A model generated the notes under the pieces. It was not told the origin of the DNA. It did not search any database and worked only from the letters and a program-made list of their open reading frames with translations. This document shows, one piece after another, positions 26,984-40,252 of a stretch of 64,000 nucleotides of DNA. The number at the start of each line of letters is the position of its first letter. The first letter of the stretch is position 1. Both the position numbers and the translations under genes were made by a program. The stretch is from Raja brachyura (taxonomy: Eukaryota): NCBI GenBank assembly GCA_963514005.1, contig OY740788.1:45880001-45944000 (forward strand), read 5' to 3'.

Positions 26984-27930
26984 GTAAGTTTCATAATAAT
27001 TTTTTACAAAGCCAGAAATAGTTCTGCGTAATGCAGATTATAGGAATATACACATGCATGCATTTTCTCCATTGCTGCCCTTGAACAGTGCATCAGTGGT
27101 TTCCCTTTTGAAAGGGTAGTTGCATTGTTTCAACTCCTGTGTATCACTATGTAAAACTGATCAGCATTTTGACTTCCCACTGGGCTCTGGAACCTATCTT
27201 AAAAAGCAATAGTTTTTCTATCCCTTACTCTATATAAATATTTTTTTAAATGGCATCATTTCCAGCTTCAAAATATTTAGGCTGAGAAAATTAATTGAGA
27301 ATTGTATTGTTCTGTTTCAGTACACAAGACGAAGCTCTCTTTACTCCAGGAACAAAGGAAAAAAGCGCTCTTCAGTTTTGTTCTGTCATCCAATAAAATA
27401 ATTGGTTGTTACTATCATTCATTCTGGGATTTTTAATTAATATTTGCCCTTGGGCCAATTGCTATTTGTAGGGAAGAGCTCAACATAAATAGCACCACCT
27501 GCATATGGAAATGTCTCCTAACATCAACCTGAAAGTTCTGGTGACCCTTACGTCAATGATAGAGACGTTGTTGGATAGATTCTGAAGGACAAGATTTATG
27601 TTCACTTGGAAAGGCAGAGACTGATTCAGAGGAGTCAGCAGGGTTTTATGCAGGGGAGATCAAGCCTCGCATTCTGAGTTTTTTTAAGAGATAACTTAGA
27701 AAGCCGATGAAGGCAAGACATGACTTGCATGTAAGGCTTCAACAAGGTCCTGCACCGTAGGCTGGAACAATGGGTTCAGGCTCAAAGAAACCAAAGCGTG
27801 TTAGCAAACTCATCTAAAATTCGCTTGGCGATAGGCAGTGGAGGGTGAGTGAATATTGTTTTTTTTTACAGAAAGACTGCCACAAGTAGAGTATTACAGG
27901 GATTGGTGTTTTAATATGTAATATAATATT

Positions 27931-28187
27931 GGGTGGTACAGTGGCACATCTGAGGAGTTGCTGCCATACAGTGCCAGAGACCCAGGTTTGATCGGGGGTG
28001 CTGTCTGTCTGGAGTTTATACGTTCTCCCTGTGACCACTAGGATTTTCTCCCAGTGCTCAGGTTTCCTCCCACACTCCAGATGCACAGGTTTGTAGGTTA
28101 ATTGGCGTCTGTAAATTTTAAATTGTCCCCAGTGGGTAGGATAGTGCTAGTGTACAGAGTGATCGCAGGTTGGCACGGACTCAGTGG
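27931..28187 (+). mobile_element. V-SINE (HE1-like)
   Basis: ggtggtacagtggcac...ggtttcctcccacactcc...gtaggttaattggc. Confidence 0.8.
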
Positions 28188-28249
28188 AGAATGAAAATGG
28201 CCAGTGAAGGAATGGTGGGGTAGTCCTGCCTACCGAACACTGATGCCTC

Positions 28250-29750
28250 ACAAAACAGAGGTCATTCTGCAGTTGTACAGAGCCCTAGTGAGACCACACC
28301 TGGGGTATTGTGTGCAGTTTTGGTTCCCTAATTTGAGGAAGGACATTCTTGCTATTAAGTCAAGTCAAGTTTATTCGTCACATACACATACGAGATGTGC
28401 AGTGAAATGAAAAGTGGCAATGCTTGCAGACTTTGTGCACAAAACAAACAAACAAACTACAAACAGAATGGAACAAAATCATATTAGTTTACATGTTACA
28501 TATTGTGGGAGGAAGGAAAAAGAAAAAAAAAATAGCAATTTTGAAAAAACAGTAGAATGGTACAGTAAAGTTAGTCCCTGGTGAGATAGGAGTTTACGGT
28601 CCTAATGGCCTCTGGGAAGAAACTCCTTCTCAACCCCTTCATTCTCACAGCATGGCAACGGGGGCGTTTGCCTGACCGCAGCAGCTGGAACAGTCCATTG
28701 CAGGGGTGGAAGGGGCCTCCCATGATCTTATTAGCTCTGGAGTTGCACCTTCTGATGTATAGTTCCTGCAGGGGGGGAGAGAAGTTCCTATAGTGCGTTC
28801 GGCTGAACGCACTACTCTCTGCAGAGCCTTCTTGTCCTGGGCAGAGCAGTTCCCAAACCAAATTGTGATATTTCCGGACAAGATGCTTTCCACAGCCGCT
28901 GAGTAGCAGCACTGGAGGATCCTCAGAGACACTCTGAATTTCCTCAGTTGCCTGAGGTGGTAAAGGCGCTGCCTTGCCTTACTCACGAGTACTGCAGCGT
29001 GTGATGTCCATGTCATATCCTCAGAGATGTGGACTCCCAGGTATTTAAAACAGCTCATCCTATCCATAGTATCCCCATTTATCCTCAACGGTGTGTACGT
29101 CCTCAGATGGTGTGCCCTCCTAAAGTCCACGAACAGCTCCTTAGTTTTTTTGATGTTCAAGAGGAGGCTGTTGTCCTGACACAAGAGTGCCAGATCAGCC
29201 ACCTCCTCTCGGTAGGCCTTCTCATCGTTGTCTGAGGTCAGGCCCACCAGGGAGTACAGCGTAGGTTTACAAAGTTAATTCCCGGGATGGCGGGACTGTC
29301 ATATACTGAGAGAATTGAGCAGCTGGGCTTGTACACTCTGGAGTGTAGAAGGATGAGAGGAGATCTCATTGAAACATAAAAGATTGTTAAGGTCTTGGAC
29401 ACGCTAGAGGCAGGGAACATGTTCCCGATGTTGGGGGAGTCCGGAACCAGGGGCCACAGTTTAAGAATAAGAAGTAAGCCATTTAGAACGGAGACGAGGA
29501 AACACCTTTTCTCACAGAGAGTGGTGAGCCTGTGGACTTCTCTGCCTCAGGTGGAGGCAGGTTCTCTGGATGCTTTCAAGAGAGAGCTAGATAGGGCTCT
29601 TAAAAATAACAGAGTCTGGGGATATGGGGAGAAGGCAGGAATGGGGTACTGATTGGGGATGATCAGCCATGATCACATTGAAAGGCAGTGCTGGCTCGAA
29701 GGGGCAAATGGCCTACTCCTGCACCTATTGTTTATTGTCCATTGACTATT
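28250..29750 (+). mobile_element. CR1 LINE 3' portion interrupted by a Rex1 insertion
   Basis: LQLYRALVRPHLGYCVQFW (ORF 28204..28410) continues after 29248 with TRGHSLRI (ORF 29395..29652) and a CR1 3' UTR. Confidence 0.85.
28357..29247 (-). mobile_element. Rex1/Babar-type LINE 3' fragment (RT C-terminus)
   Basis: ORF 28645..29247 FKYLGVHISEDMTW...KARQRLYHLRQLRKF...VESILSGNITIWFGN; tail aataaa(cttga)n on the minus strand. Confidence 0.9.
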
Positions 29751-30344
29751 GTCGATATGCGTTTGGTTTCTCCAGTGTGTAGGAGACCACATTGGAATGA
29801 AATCTGCATTAGCAGTAGGGCAATAGAGTGAAGAAAACATTCCCAATGTTGCAAGTGTAAGATACAAGGCTGGAATAGCTGTTTATATAATATTGTTCAA
29901 TTCAGTGTTGAGTCTGGTTGGTTTAATGCTGACTGGAATGATAAGGAGTTGTTGGGCTTTGTTGAGACAGTGTAAGAAGCCAATTAGAGGATAGTTGGAG
30001 TGGGATGAAGAATCGATCTGACAATTCAATGTAGTGTGAACAGTGGTACTGTTTTCGATGGAAATGATCGCATAACTTTTTTTGAGACAAAGCAGGGGAA
30101 ATGTTCAAATATTATCAATATTTGTTACACTAAAACATGTTTTGAGATAAATTGGTAATCTCATTTCTATTTGTGTATCCTTTATTTTCACAACTTGTTC
30201 TGCAATTATTTGTCCTTCAGTGTGCAATAAGGACACTTGCAGCAATTTTTTATTTATGAGAACTCCACAATCCACACTATTCGGGAAGTATTGACATATG
30301 CCTTTAAAATTAACGTATTTTATATATACATTACTGTTCTCTTA

Positions 30345-31165
30345 ATGTTAGGCACACCCTAATACAATTTAAAATACTGCATAGACTCTATTATTCAAAG
30401 TCTAAATTGAACAAGATCGTCCCAAATGTCTCCCCTATCTGCGATAAATGTCTCCTCCAAGAAGCGACTATAACCCATTCTTTTATTTCCTGCACAAAAT
30501 TACAAAACTTCTGGAGGAGAATTTTTGATATTTTTTCCAAAATACTTAAAACTAAATTGGATCCCAATATAAAACTGATCACACTAGGTATGTCAGAGGC
30601 CTGTTCGGAGCTAACAATATTTCAAAGACGTTTCCTTAACTATGGCCTAATAACGGCAAAAAAATTAATACTCAAATTTTGGAAACAGACAACAGTCCCT
30701 ACAGTGAAGATGTGGATCACAGACATGTCCGAGACACTATATTTGGAAAACATTAGGCTTGTCTTGGCGGAAAAAACAGATCAATTTCTTAAGATATGGG
30801 CACCCTTTACCGAATTCTTACAACAATAGTATGGTGCAACACAAATGTAAATTTAAATCCGATGCTGGGTTGGGTGAGGCGGGCGGGGGAGACGAGGGGC
30901 AAGGTATATCTCCACTTTTTTTTTTCTATATCTTTCTGCTACACTGCTTTGGTAGTTTAGGGGATTTTCTTTTGTTCTTCTTCAATCTACCTTGTCACCT
31001 TCTACTTTTCTTTCTTGTTTTCTTTTTCTTTTCTTTTTTCATTTTCATAATTTAGGTTATAAGGTTAAAAATGAAGCTGTACAATAATTGTATACTTTTA
31101 GATGCCGAATGTTTTATCTCTGTACAATTGCTTCTGATAAAAATTAAAATAAATAAATAAATAAT
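30345..31165 (+). mobile_element. L1/Tx1-type LINE 3' end (zinc-binding C-terminus of ORF2, 3' UTR, A-rich tail)
   Basis: ORF 30407..30829 CDKC...THSFISCTKLQNFW...AKKLILKFWK...P...W; (AAAT)n tail at about 31140-31164. Confidence 0.85.
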
Positions 31166-31304
31166 GAGATTGGCGTCAGGTGGCTTGGAATAATGGAAAC
31201 AGTGAAAATTTAATGGAAAATGTTTTATCTTAATACAGTGAAAACAAATAAAGATTTAAGGTTTCAAAACTTATTTTTAACAACATTTCTGTTCCAACTT
31301 CCAG

Positions 31305-31458
31305 TTTGAAGGCAGCGAATCTGTATCCAGTAGTAACCTGTGTCAAAGGTCGCGACCCAATAGCGATCTCAACAACAGCTCCACGCAGTCCCCTGCACAT
31401 TCGAAGGTCCAGCGCAGTACATCAGCGAATCAGAAACAGCGACGGTTTAGTGATCATG
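31305..31458 (+). CDS. MARK1: MARK1 coding exon ([51 protein letters not shown]), 154 nt
   Basis: cttccag| acceptor, |gtaggg donor; MARK1 spacer sequence. Confidence 0.94.
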
Positions 31459-32042
31459 GTAGGGATGACACTCAAACATGTAACATAACATGGCACATTT
31501 CAACTTTGAGTGTGCGGTACCTTAGTGTGCTGTTCTGGAGCAAACCTTCTTTTAACTTTTAATTTTGTCCAGTTATTTGTTTCAAAGTTTTTTAAGTTCA
31601 TCATTTCTGTTTGTGTATTCAAATTTGATAGTTAATTTTTTTCCTCTTGCAATGCCTCTTCCTTCACCATCTATCAGTTCCTGCTGGATTGCAGATGTGG
31701 AACTTCTAATTTTAATTGAATCACTACAGCCTGATACCAGTAATATTTACTTTCTGTGAGGCATTAATTTTTGAACAATAATGTTTCTCTTGCAGGCTTT
31801 ATTAACCAACGTCACTAACAGATAAAAACCCAAATTGGTTCAAACTTTAGGGTTCCATTCGACCACTTGTTCATATCTGATTACACATAATTTAAATTTG
31901 TAGACAGTATATTGTCTCTCCCTGTGCTGCTAGACGTTTACCTGAAGTTTAACTGAATATTTGTATCATGGAATGTTGTTTAAAAAAAAAAACTATTTTT
32001 ATTTATGTAGTTGGGGCAAAAACTCAAAAGGGAATAAATATA

Positions 32043-32227
32043 CAGATGGTCCCCGATATACGATGCTTCAACTTAGGATATTTCGACTTTACGATGGTGC
32101 AAATGCTGGGCAATGGCAGCGAGCAGCAGCTCACTTCTGGTCACTTGATCAAATTGTATTAAATGCGTTTTTGACTTAGGATATTTTCGATTTACGATGG
32201 GTTTATCGGAACATAACCCCATCGTAG
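32043..32227. mobile_element. Tigger/pogo-type MITE (Tigger4-like)
   Basis: TA|CAGATGGTCCCCGATATACGATG start; repeated gacttacgat-like motifs; right end truncated. Confidence 0.65.
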
Positions 32228-32849
32228 GTGTTAGAAGCAAATTTTAGGATAATAGATTTTAAAAGCATTTCTTTCAAGCAAAAAATTAGAAATCTGAAAT
32301 GCACAACAATCCCATTCAGTGTCTAATAGAGATTCTGGTTTATTTATGAATGTTTATTTTTCCCGAAGCTGGTTGGCTTGCTGTTACGCATTCCCATATT
32401 GATAGTATTTGCAAAGTTCCAGCTTTCAGGATTTATTCTTTATATATTTTTTTTAATGTGGCTGGAAATCTACTAATTGTTCTGTTCTTTGAAAGGTTTA
32501 AGCATTTATAGGTGGTGGAGTTGGTCATTATAACATTGCTGGAGAAATCTTTATAACTGTCAGTTTCTAAGGAAATATTTTCTATGACACATTAATTAGA
32601 TTTTAAAAAATCCAGCCATATGTTTAGTCTGTTTAACAAAAAGCATGTGCTTTCTTTTTATTACAAACTAATTAAGTCTAATCTTTATCAGCTATCTTAT
32701 GTCTGTCATACTTCTAAATGTAAATTGCAAGAGGTATTACATAGGTAAATTGATTATTGTGATTTATTCTTTTTTTTCAATATTAATATACTTAAATTGG
32801 AATAAAGACAAAAACAATACAGGAATTAAACCCCATCTGTGTGTTTTCG

Positions 32850-33182
32850 CTTTGAGAGGCCTCGAGTGGATGTGGAAAGGATGTTCCCAGCAATGGGAGA
32901 GTCTAGGACCAAGGGGCACAGTCTCGGAATACCTATCGAATGGAGATGAGGATGAATTTCTTTAGTCAGAGGGTGGTGAATCTGGAATCAATTGCCACAG
33001 ATGGTTGTGGATGCCAAGTCATTGGGTATTTTCGAAGATGAGATTAGTAAGGGCATCAAAGGTATAGGGAGAAGGAAGGAGAATGGGATTGAGAGGGAAA
33101 AATAGGCAAGCCAGGATCGAATGGCTGAGCAGACTTGATAGGCCAAATGGCCTAATTCTGCTCCTATGTCTTATGATCTTAT
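32850..33182 (+). mobile_element. CR1 LINE 3' end
   Basis: gagtctaggaccaaggggcacagtctc...ggccaaatggcctaattctgctcctatgtcttatg. Confidence 0.8.
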
Positions 33183-33888
33183 AAAGAAATCAATGAAATA
33201 AATAAATAAAGACAAATAAATAAATTAATGAATAACAGAACGAGGAGATGACAAAATATGAAATTTCAAAAGCATCTTTGGATAATAGAGAGCAGTAAAA
33301 CAGCTGTTGGGTGAAAGACAGAATAATAATCCTTGTGAAAGGATTTTAAATCATTGAACTTTGGCCTTTTGTGTGTTTCTGATGATTTTCAACTGATTGA
33401 ATCAAACTTTAATGTGTAACCACATCATTGGTTTGTGACTAGTTCCTCTGACTCATACACAAAGCATCAGTTCACAATAACAGAAAGAATTAGCTTTAGT
33501 CAGAAGAAAAAATGTACAGGGATAATTGAGTAGTACATTTTTAGGTCAATTTTTATAACAGTTGAGAGCTTTATAAAGATTCTAAATATAAAATGCCTTT
33601 ATCACAGTTTGGCTGTTCAATACCTTTACCTGCCCATCATCTGTTTTCTATGGTCATTTTTTTAAATTTGAGGTGAAATCGAGAGATCCTGTGAAATTGG
33701 CTCCTGCAATGTTTACCTTCCACGGCTAACTCATCCCTTCATAATGGTGCTTATTATGCCTGCTATCAGTTGTCCAGTCATATTCACTTGCTGAGCTTTA
33801 AAATATTTCGGCATTAAAAAAAAATACTTGGAATTTTACACAATTGCAGTTTAACTAATTTTTGTTCCCGTATTTTCCGGTTTTACAG

Positions 33889-34082
33889 CTGGTCCATCAA
33901 TCACATCTGCTGTGTCATACACCAAACGACCTCAAGCAAACAGCGTAGAAAGTGACCAGAAGGAAGATTGGGACAAAGACATTGCTCGCAAATTAAGTAG
34001 CACCACTGTAGGTTCCAAGGGGGATGTCCCTGCCAGCCCACTTTCAGGTCTAGAAAGAAAGAAATCCTCAACAGGGCCCAAT
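33889..34082 (+). CDS. MARK1: MARK1 coding exon (AGPSITSAVSYTKRPQANSVESDQKEDWDKDIARKL...GPN), 194 nt
   Basis: ttttacag| acceptor, |gtaagc donor; SYTKRPQANSVES is MARK1-like; ORF 33912..34103. Confidence 0.95.
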
Positions 34083-34587
34083 GTAAGCAGCAAATTCATT
34101 TGATTGAGTTGTTTGTTGCATTTCTTTATGTTCCAAGCAGCTTTGCCCTTCTAATACTGTTAAAGAACAAATGGTGCATTCTTAATTAAAACAGATGTCT
34201 AGATGTGAAATGAATGCAAAATTCCTCTTTCCCTCCTGTTCATTGTGGATGTAGTCTATTGGAGAAATTCTGAGACTTTTATCATGTTAACGGCTTTCTA
34301 CTCTTAATGTTATTGTCACATGATTTGAAATGATGGCACTGATGTTCATACTTGATATTCAGTGAACAGGTAACAAACGTTAGCCTCCACAGTTGCAGAC
34401 CATTTACGATACAGTTCTGCAGAAAAGCTCATGTACAGACTGTAAGTAATAAGCATGTGCTATACATGGGAAGTTTTCTTCTGGTCAATAGTGCAGAGTG
34501 AGAATGGGATAAATGCAGGTCACCCAGAATGAAAGGTTAATGAAAGTTCCAGGTATAAGTTTAATATTAACTGGAACACAACTAATA

Positions 34588-36233
34588 CAGTGCCTTCCAT
34601 AATGTTTTGGACAAAGACCCATCATTTATTTATTTGCCTCTGTCCTCCACAATTTGAAATTTGTAATAGAAAAAAAATCCCATGTGGTTAAAGTGCACAT
34701 TGTCAGATTTTAATAAAGGCCATTTTTACACTTTTTGGTTTCACCATGTAGAAATTACAGCAGTGTTTATACATAGTCAGCCCCATTTCAGGGCACCATA
34801 ATGTTAGGGATGCAGCAATCTCGTGTAAATGAAAGTAGTCGTGTTTAGTATTTTGTTGCATATACTTTGCATGCAATGACTGCTTGAAGTCTGTGATTCA
34901 TGGGCATCACCAGTTCCTGGGTGTCTTCTCTGGTGATGCTTTGCCAGGCCTGTATTGCAGCCATCTTTAGCTTATGTTTGTTATTGAGGGCAAGTTCCCT
35001 TCAGTTTTCTCTTCAGCATATAAAATGCATGCTCAATTGGGTTCATATTGGGTGATTGGCTTGGCCACTAAAGAATTACAATTTTTTAGCTTTGAAAAGC
35101 TCCTTTGTTGCATTAGCAGTATGTTTGGGGTCATTCACTTGCTGTAGAATAAACCGCCGGCCCATGAGTTTTGAGGCATTTGTTTGAACTTGAGCAGATA
35201 GGATGTGTCTATACACTTCAGAATTCATTATGCTACTACCATCAGCAGTTGTATCATCAATGAAAATAACTGAGCCTGTACCTTCAGCAGCCATACATGC
35301 CCTGGCCATATCACCCCCACCACCATTTTTCACAGATGAGGTGGTATGCTTTGGATCTTTGGCAGTTCCTTCTCTCCTCCATACTTTGCTCTTGCCATCA
35401 CTCTGATGTAAGTTAATATTCGTCTCATCTGTTCACAAGACATTTTTCCAGAACTGTGGTTGCTTTTTTAAGTACTTCTTGGCAAACTGTAACCTGACCA
35501 TCCTATTTTTGCGGCTAACCAGTGGTTTGCATCTTGCAGTGTAGCCTCTGTATTTCTGTTCATGATGTCGTCAGCGGACAGTAGTCACTGACAAATCCAC
35601 ACCTGATTCCTGAAGAGTATTTCTGATCTGTCGGACAGGTGTTTGGGAATTTGTCTTTATTATAGAGAGAATTCTTCTGTCATCAGCTGTGGAGGTCTTC
35701 CTTGCTCTACCAGTCCCTTTGTGATCAGTAAGCTCACCAGTGCTCTCTTTCTTCTTAATGATGTTCCAAACAGTTGATTTTGGTAAGCCTAATGTTTGGC
35801 TGATGTCTCTATAACAGTTTTATTCTTGTTTCTCAGTCTCATAATGGCTTCTTTGACTTTCATTGGTACAACTTTGGTCCTCATGTTGATAAACAGCAAT
35901 AAAAGTTTCCAAAGGTGATGGGAAGACTGGAGGAAAGACTGAGTAGTCTCTTGTACCTGGATTAAGGAGGCAATTAAACACACCTGAGAAATTACAAACT
36001 CCTGTGAAGCCATGTGTCCCAAACATGATCGTGTCCTGAAATGGGGGGACTATGTATAAACACAGCTGTAATTTCTCCATGGTGAAAGCAAAATGTATAA
36101 AAATGGCCTTGAATAAAATCTGACAATGTGCACTTTAACCACATGTGATTTTTTTCTATTACATATCTCAAATTGTGGAGTACAGAGGCAAGTAAATGAT
36201 GGGTCTTTGTCCAAAGCATTATGGAAGGCTCTG
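34588..36233 (-). mobile_element. Full-length degenerate Tc1/mariner transposon (IR/DR type, about 225-bp TIRs, TA TSD)
   Basis: TA|CAGTGCCTTCCATAATG ... CATTATGGAAGGCTCTG|TA; transposase remnants MRTKVVPMKVKEAIMRLR (ORF 35789..36022) and GGG...FILQQVNDPKHTA (ORF 35076..35333); frameshifted. Confidence 0.93.
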
Positions 36234-36573
36234 TAAGTAGATTTTACTTGGAATTGATGTGAGGTACCAAAGTGAAAGAGTCCTCAAATTAGCCTTTTTT
36301 TGACAAAAATAGAATTTTACTTATGGAAAGTAGTAAATAAAACTAATCCACAAGCATATTTAGTAGCTAGAACAAAATTATAAAACTTGACTGGTAGCAT
36401 AATAGTTGTATTGATTATTTATTTCTAAGCACTTTTATTATGTACAATATATGGAAAATTATGAAAATTGTGACATTTCTGTTACATTTAAAATTGCAAA
36501 AATCAGAATCTAAATTTCTGAATTTTTTTCGTGAAACTGTACCTATCTGATAATACTTCATTTCTTATGTCAG

Positions 36574-36671
36574 AACAACATGGTTCCTGGTATGACGAGA
36601 AGAAACACTTATGTGTGTGAACGATCCACTGGAGATCGATATTCTGCTGTGCAGAATGGAAAAGACAGCAG
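36574..36671 (+). CDS. MARK1: MARK1 coding exon (NNMVPGMTRRNTYVCERSTGDRYSAVQNGKDSS), 98 nt
   Basis: tgtcag| acceptor, |gtgaga donor; RRNTYVC motif. Confidence 0.93.
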
Positions 36672-37624
36672 GTGAGAATCCATAACAAAACACTATTGTC
36701 AGATCTCGGTGATCTTCTCAAAATTAAAGCAAGTAAGGAGCTATAAAGAGCTAATGAAAATCATAATGAGTGTAGCAGTTATGCATTAATCACACCTAAA
36801 TTAGCGCAAAATGTGTACTTTGGGAAACAAAAGCAGATATTCAACTGAACGAGACCATTATTGGAATGTACATGGTAAGTAACATATTAAATTTGAAGAA
36901 GATCATGTAAGAAATAATGTTGATGAGATGAAAAATGTTTTGAGTCTTATGTTGGCAATGGGTGATTAAAGTTCAAGAGCAATATTTTTCTATACACAAA
37001 TGAAAGTGTTATGATTAAATACCACCAATATTTGTTCCATAAAACTGATCTCATTCTCATATTTACTTATTTATTTTGCTTTTTAGTTGTTTGCTAAATG
37101 TCTAAATGATGCCTTTCATTTTGTTTAGCACTAGTCTTTTAATGCAAAATAAATTAGCATTCTGCACAGCTAACAGCTTAGGAAATGATGTGCACTGACG
37201 TGCTGAGAAGAGATGAACTAGATGAGATGCCATCAGAAAAGAAAGGTTGCAGTTGAAAACATGAATGATAATTAATTAGGGACTGACAGCACATTAATAA
37301 TATTGAGAACTCAATAAAATAATAACTTTGTGCTTAAAAGAAAGAGAATTGATGTTCTGTTTGCAGATTTTCTTTGGGCATTTGATGGTACATGGCTGAT
37401 AAAGTTAAGATCCTAGTTTTAAAGTAAATTACCTCATGGTAAAGATTTTGCATAAAGGAGAGCAGATGCATGCTGTTGAATGAATGTGTCTTGAATTATC
37501 TGAATGTAAATAGTAGTTCCCATGGCAATCTATTATTGCCAGGGATCTTCTATTATAAATAGGCTCCGTTTCAAAACTTGCAATAACGGGATAACTTGGC
37601 AGGGTAGTAGTTTGGTCAGATAAC

Positions 37625-38075
37625 TGCCAGATGAGGACTGTGTTTGCATGAGAGAGGGTGAAGAGGAGATTGATTAGGATCTTGCCTGAGATGAAAGATT
37701 TCAGTTTTGTGGGGGAAGTAGATGGGCTATTTATTTTCCTTGGAATGGAAGAGACTGACAGAGATGTATGTAAGGAACAAAGACAGGGTAGATGGTAGTC
37801 AACATGTCCCCACAGTAGATGGGTCTAATATTAGAGGACATGCGTTCCGATAAGAGTTTTAGATGGAATCTGAGGAAAACATCTGTTACCCAGTGGATCG
37901 ATGGAATTTGAAATATCCAACCTTCATAGATGGTAGAGGTCGACATTTTATAAAGTACCATAGAAACATAGAATGTAACAGACCAAATGTGGGTAAATTG
38001 GATTACTTTAAAACTTTGATGGTCAACATGGACTTGATATGCCAAAGCACCTGATTCACTATTGCATGGCTCTAT
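37625..38075 (+). mobile_element. Decayed CR1-type LINE 3' end
   Basis: tctaatattagaggacatgcg...catggctctatga tail. Confidence 0.55.
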
Positions 38076-38599
38076 GAAAATTAACCAGAGAATTATAAAA
38101 TGTATGGTATGTAGAGAAAATAATTTTTGCATTAACTGATAACATTTTGCAAGATGCAGATAAATGGAGGTTACATAAACGCAACCGTTTAGAATTGGCC
38201 TTAGTTTCCATACAACATGACCCTTTACAGCGCCTTTTAGTTTAATGTAGATAATGGTTAGAAACATAGTTAACAAGAGTTTTTTAAAGCACCAAATGTG
38301 TAATTGGCCCATTTAAAATATAGGTATAAGAAAAATGTCTTTCTAGAAATGAGAGAAAATTAGTTACATCATGTTTCAGTGCCCACATTTTGCTAGATTA
38401 TATAGTTTATGCTGTAGGTTAATAAACAAATCAATCTTGGTCCACCTACTCTTATCCTTGTGTAGGGCTTTTGTTGGGAACATGAGTAGAATGTATAGTA
38501 TGTACGAGGACCACAGAGTATGTATTTTTTTTAATTTCTTGACCCGGGTATTTTCTGTTACATTTTGGCCTCTATCTGTCTTTTGGCTAAACCCATAAG

Positions 38600-38776
38600 C
38601 CTAATTGAAATGTCTGCTTGTGCAAGCAGTACTTCCACATCCATCGCAAGTCCTGCAGGATCTTCTGGGCTACCTTCAGCACGGCCTCGACACCAGAAAT
38701 CCATGTCGGCTTCTGGTCATCCAATTAAGGTCACTTTGCCTTCCATAGAAGATGGGAGTGAAGGTTATCGGTCCAG
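38600..38776 (+). CDS. MARK1: MARK1 coding exon (LIEMSACASST...SARPRHQKSMSASGHPIKVTLPSIEDGSEGYRS), 177 nt
   Basis: cataag| acceptor (AAG), |gtaaat donor; ARPRHQKSMS motif; phase 2-2; ORF 38565..38780. Confidence 0.9.
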
Positions 38777-38840
38777 GTAAATATTTACAAGATTCCAAAG
38801 CATAGAACATTCCAGCAAAATGAGAAACTAACTTAAGAAA

Positions 38841-39090
38841 GGGTGGCATGGTGTCGCAGCGGTAGAGCTGCTGCTGTACAGCGCCAGAGATTCAGGTTCG
38901 ATACCTAGGTGCTCCGGTTTCCTCCCCCACTCAAAAGATGTTCAGATTTGTAGGCTAATTGGCTTGGTATAATTGTAAAATTGTCCTTCGTGTGTGTAGT
39001 ATAGTGTTAATGTGTGGAGATCGCTGTTCAGCACGGACTTAGTGGGCCAAAGGGCTTGTTTCGGTGCTGCATCTCTAAACTAAACTAAAT
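38841..39090 (+). mobile_element. V-SINE (HE1-like)
   Basis: ggtggcatggtgtcgcagcggtagag (A box), ggttcgatacc (B box), V-domain, (ctaaa)n tail. Confidence 0.85.
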
Positions 39091-39991
39091 GTGAGCACTT
39101 TGGCATTGTGGATTTAAAAAAATCACCTGCTCTGATATTTTCTTATTTGAAATTTATAGCTTGCACAGTTTTTTCCCAATTGAAGTTGGAAATGGAGTTA
39201 AAAATATGGGGAAAAGCACTTCCATTGTAGTATAGTTAAAAATAAAATTCAAATTCATGCCCATATGCTGACTACCTTTGAGATTGGAATACATTTTTAT
39301 TCAGCAAATAATGTTTTTTTAAAGTTAATAATTTAATACGGTTTCTCCTTAGTTGCGGCTTCGTTCTGCAATCCACATATAACTAAATTATTGATATCCC
39401 TTTTCTCTGTGTATATAACAGAACAAGTCAAAGAGGAAATCAATACAGATTTCTAGAAATATTTATATTCTTTGGAGAGAAAAAGAGGAGTTAATATTTC
39501 AAGTTCATAATATTTCAACGTATGAAAAATAACAAGGACAAGTATTTAGTTCTTGTATTTGTTTCCCACGTGGTATTAATGTAAATTAAGCTTTGCTTTA
39601 CTTGCATGGACTTTAAAAGTGGAATAAAAATAGTAAGTTTAATAAGAATTCTTTATGGAGCAGTTAACAGCTCATCGCACTTCATTGTAAAACTTATCTT
39701 TTTGAACAAATTGAAACAACATTTTTACATTGTTTTTTAAGGCTTTACGGGGGGGGGGAGGGGGGGGGAAGGGAGGGGAATCACTGGTCGGCATGGACTT
39801 GGTGGGCTGAAGAGCCTGTTTCCGTGCTGCATCTCTAAACTAAACTAAGCTGCATAACAAATGCAGAGAAAATATGTTGTACAATGGAACATTGTTCATC
39901 AAACTGTGTTTGTCAAATAATGAACGGCAATCCTTTAGGATCACACAATAGATTACAACTAGTCTGGTATGTTTTTTTTTTCCTAACTCAG

Positions 39992-40252
39992 CTCTGGAGC
40001 CCAAAGGGTACCTGCTGCTTCCCCGTCTGCACACAGTATTAGCACTACAACTCCCGATCGAACCCGCTTCCCTCGAGGTAGCTCTAGCCGAAGCACTTTT
40101 CACGGTGGCCAGTTACGGGAACGGCACACTGCAACGTACAATGGACCGCCAGCTTCACCAACATTGTCACATGACACTGGTGCCCTGTCTCAAGCTCGAA
40201 GAGGAACTTCAACCGGTATAATAAGCAAGATCACATCCAAATTTGCACGCAG
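39992..40252 (+). CDS. MARK1: MARK1 coding exon ([18 protein letters not shown]...[12 protein letters not shown]...[12 protein letters not shown]), 261 nt
   Basis: ctaactcag| acceptor, |gtaggt donor; RSTFH aPKC-site motif of Par-1/MARK. Confidence 0.95.

Noticed and set aside
37731-38312. 193-aa minus-strand ORF
   Set aside because: Antisense to a decayed CR1 fragment, with no protein-like motifs.
38841-38905. tRNA gene (A and B boxes)
   Set aside because: Continues into the V-domain and SINE tail; it is a SINE head.
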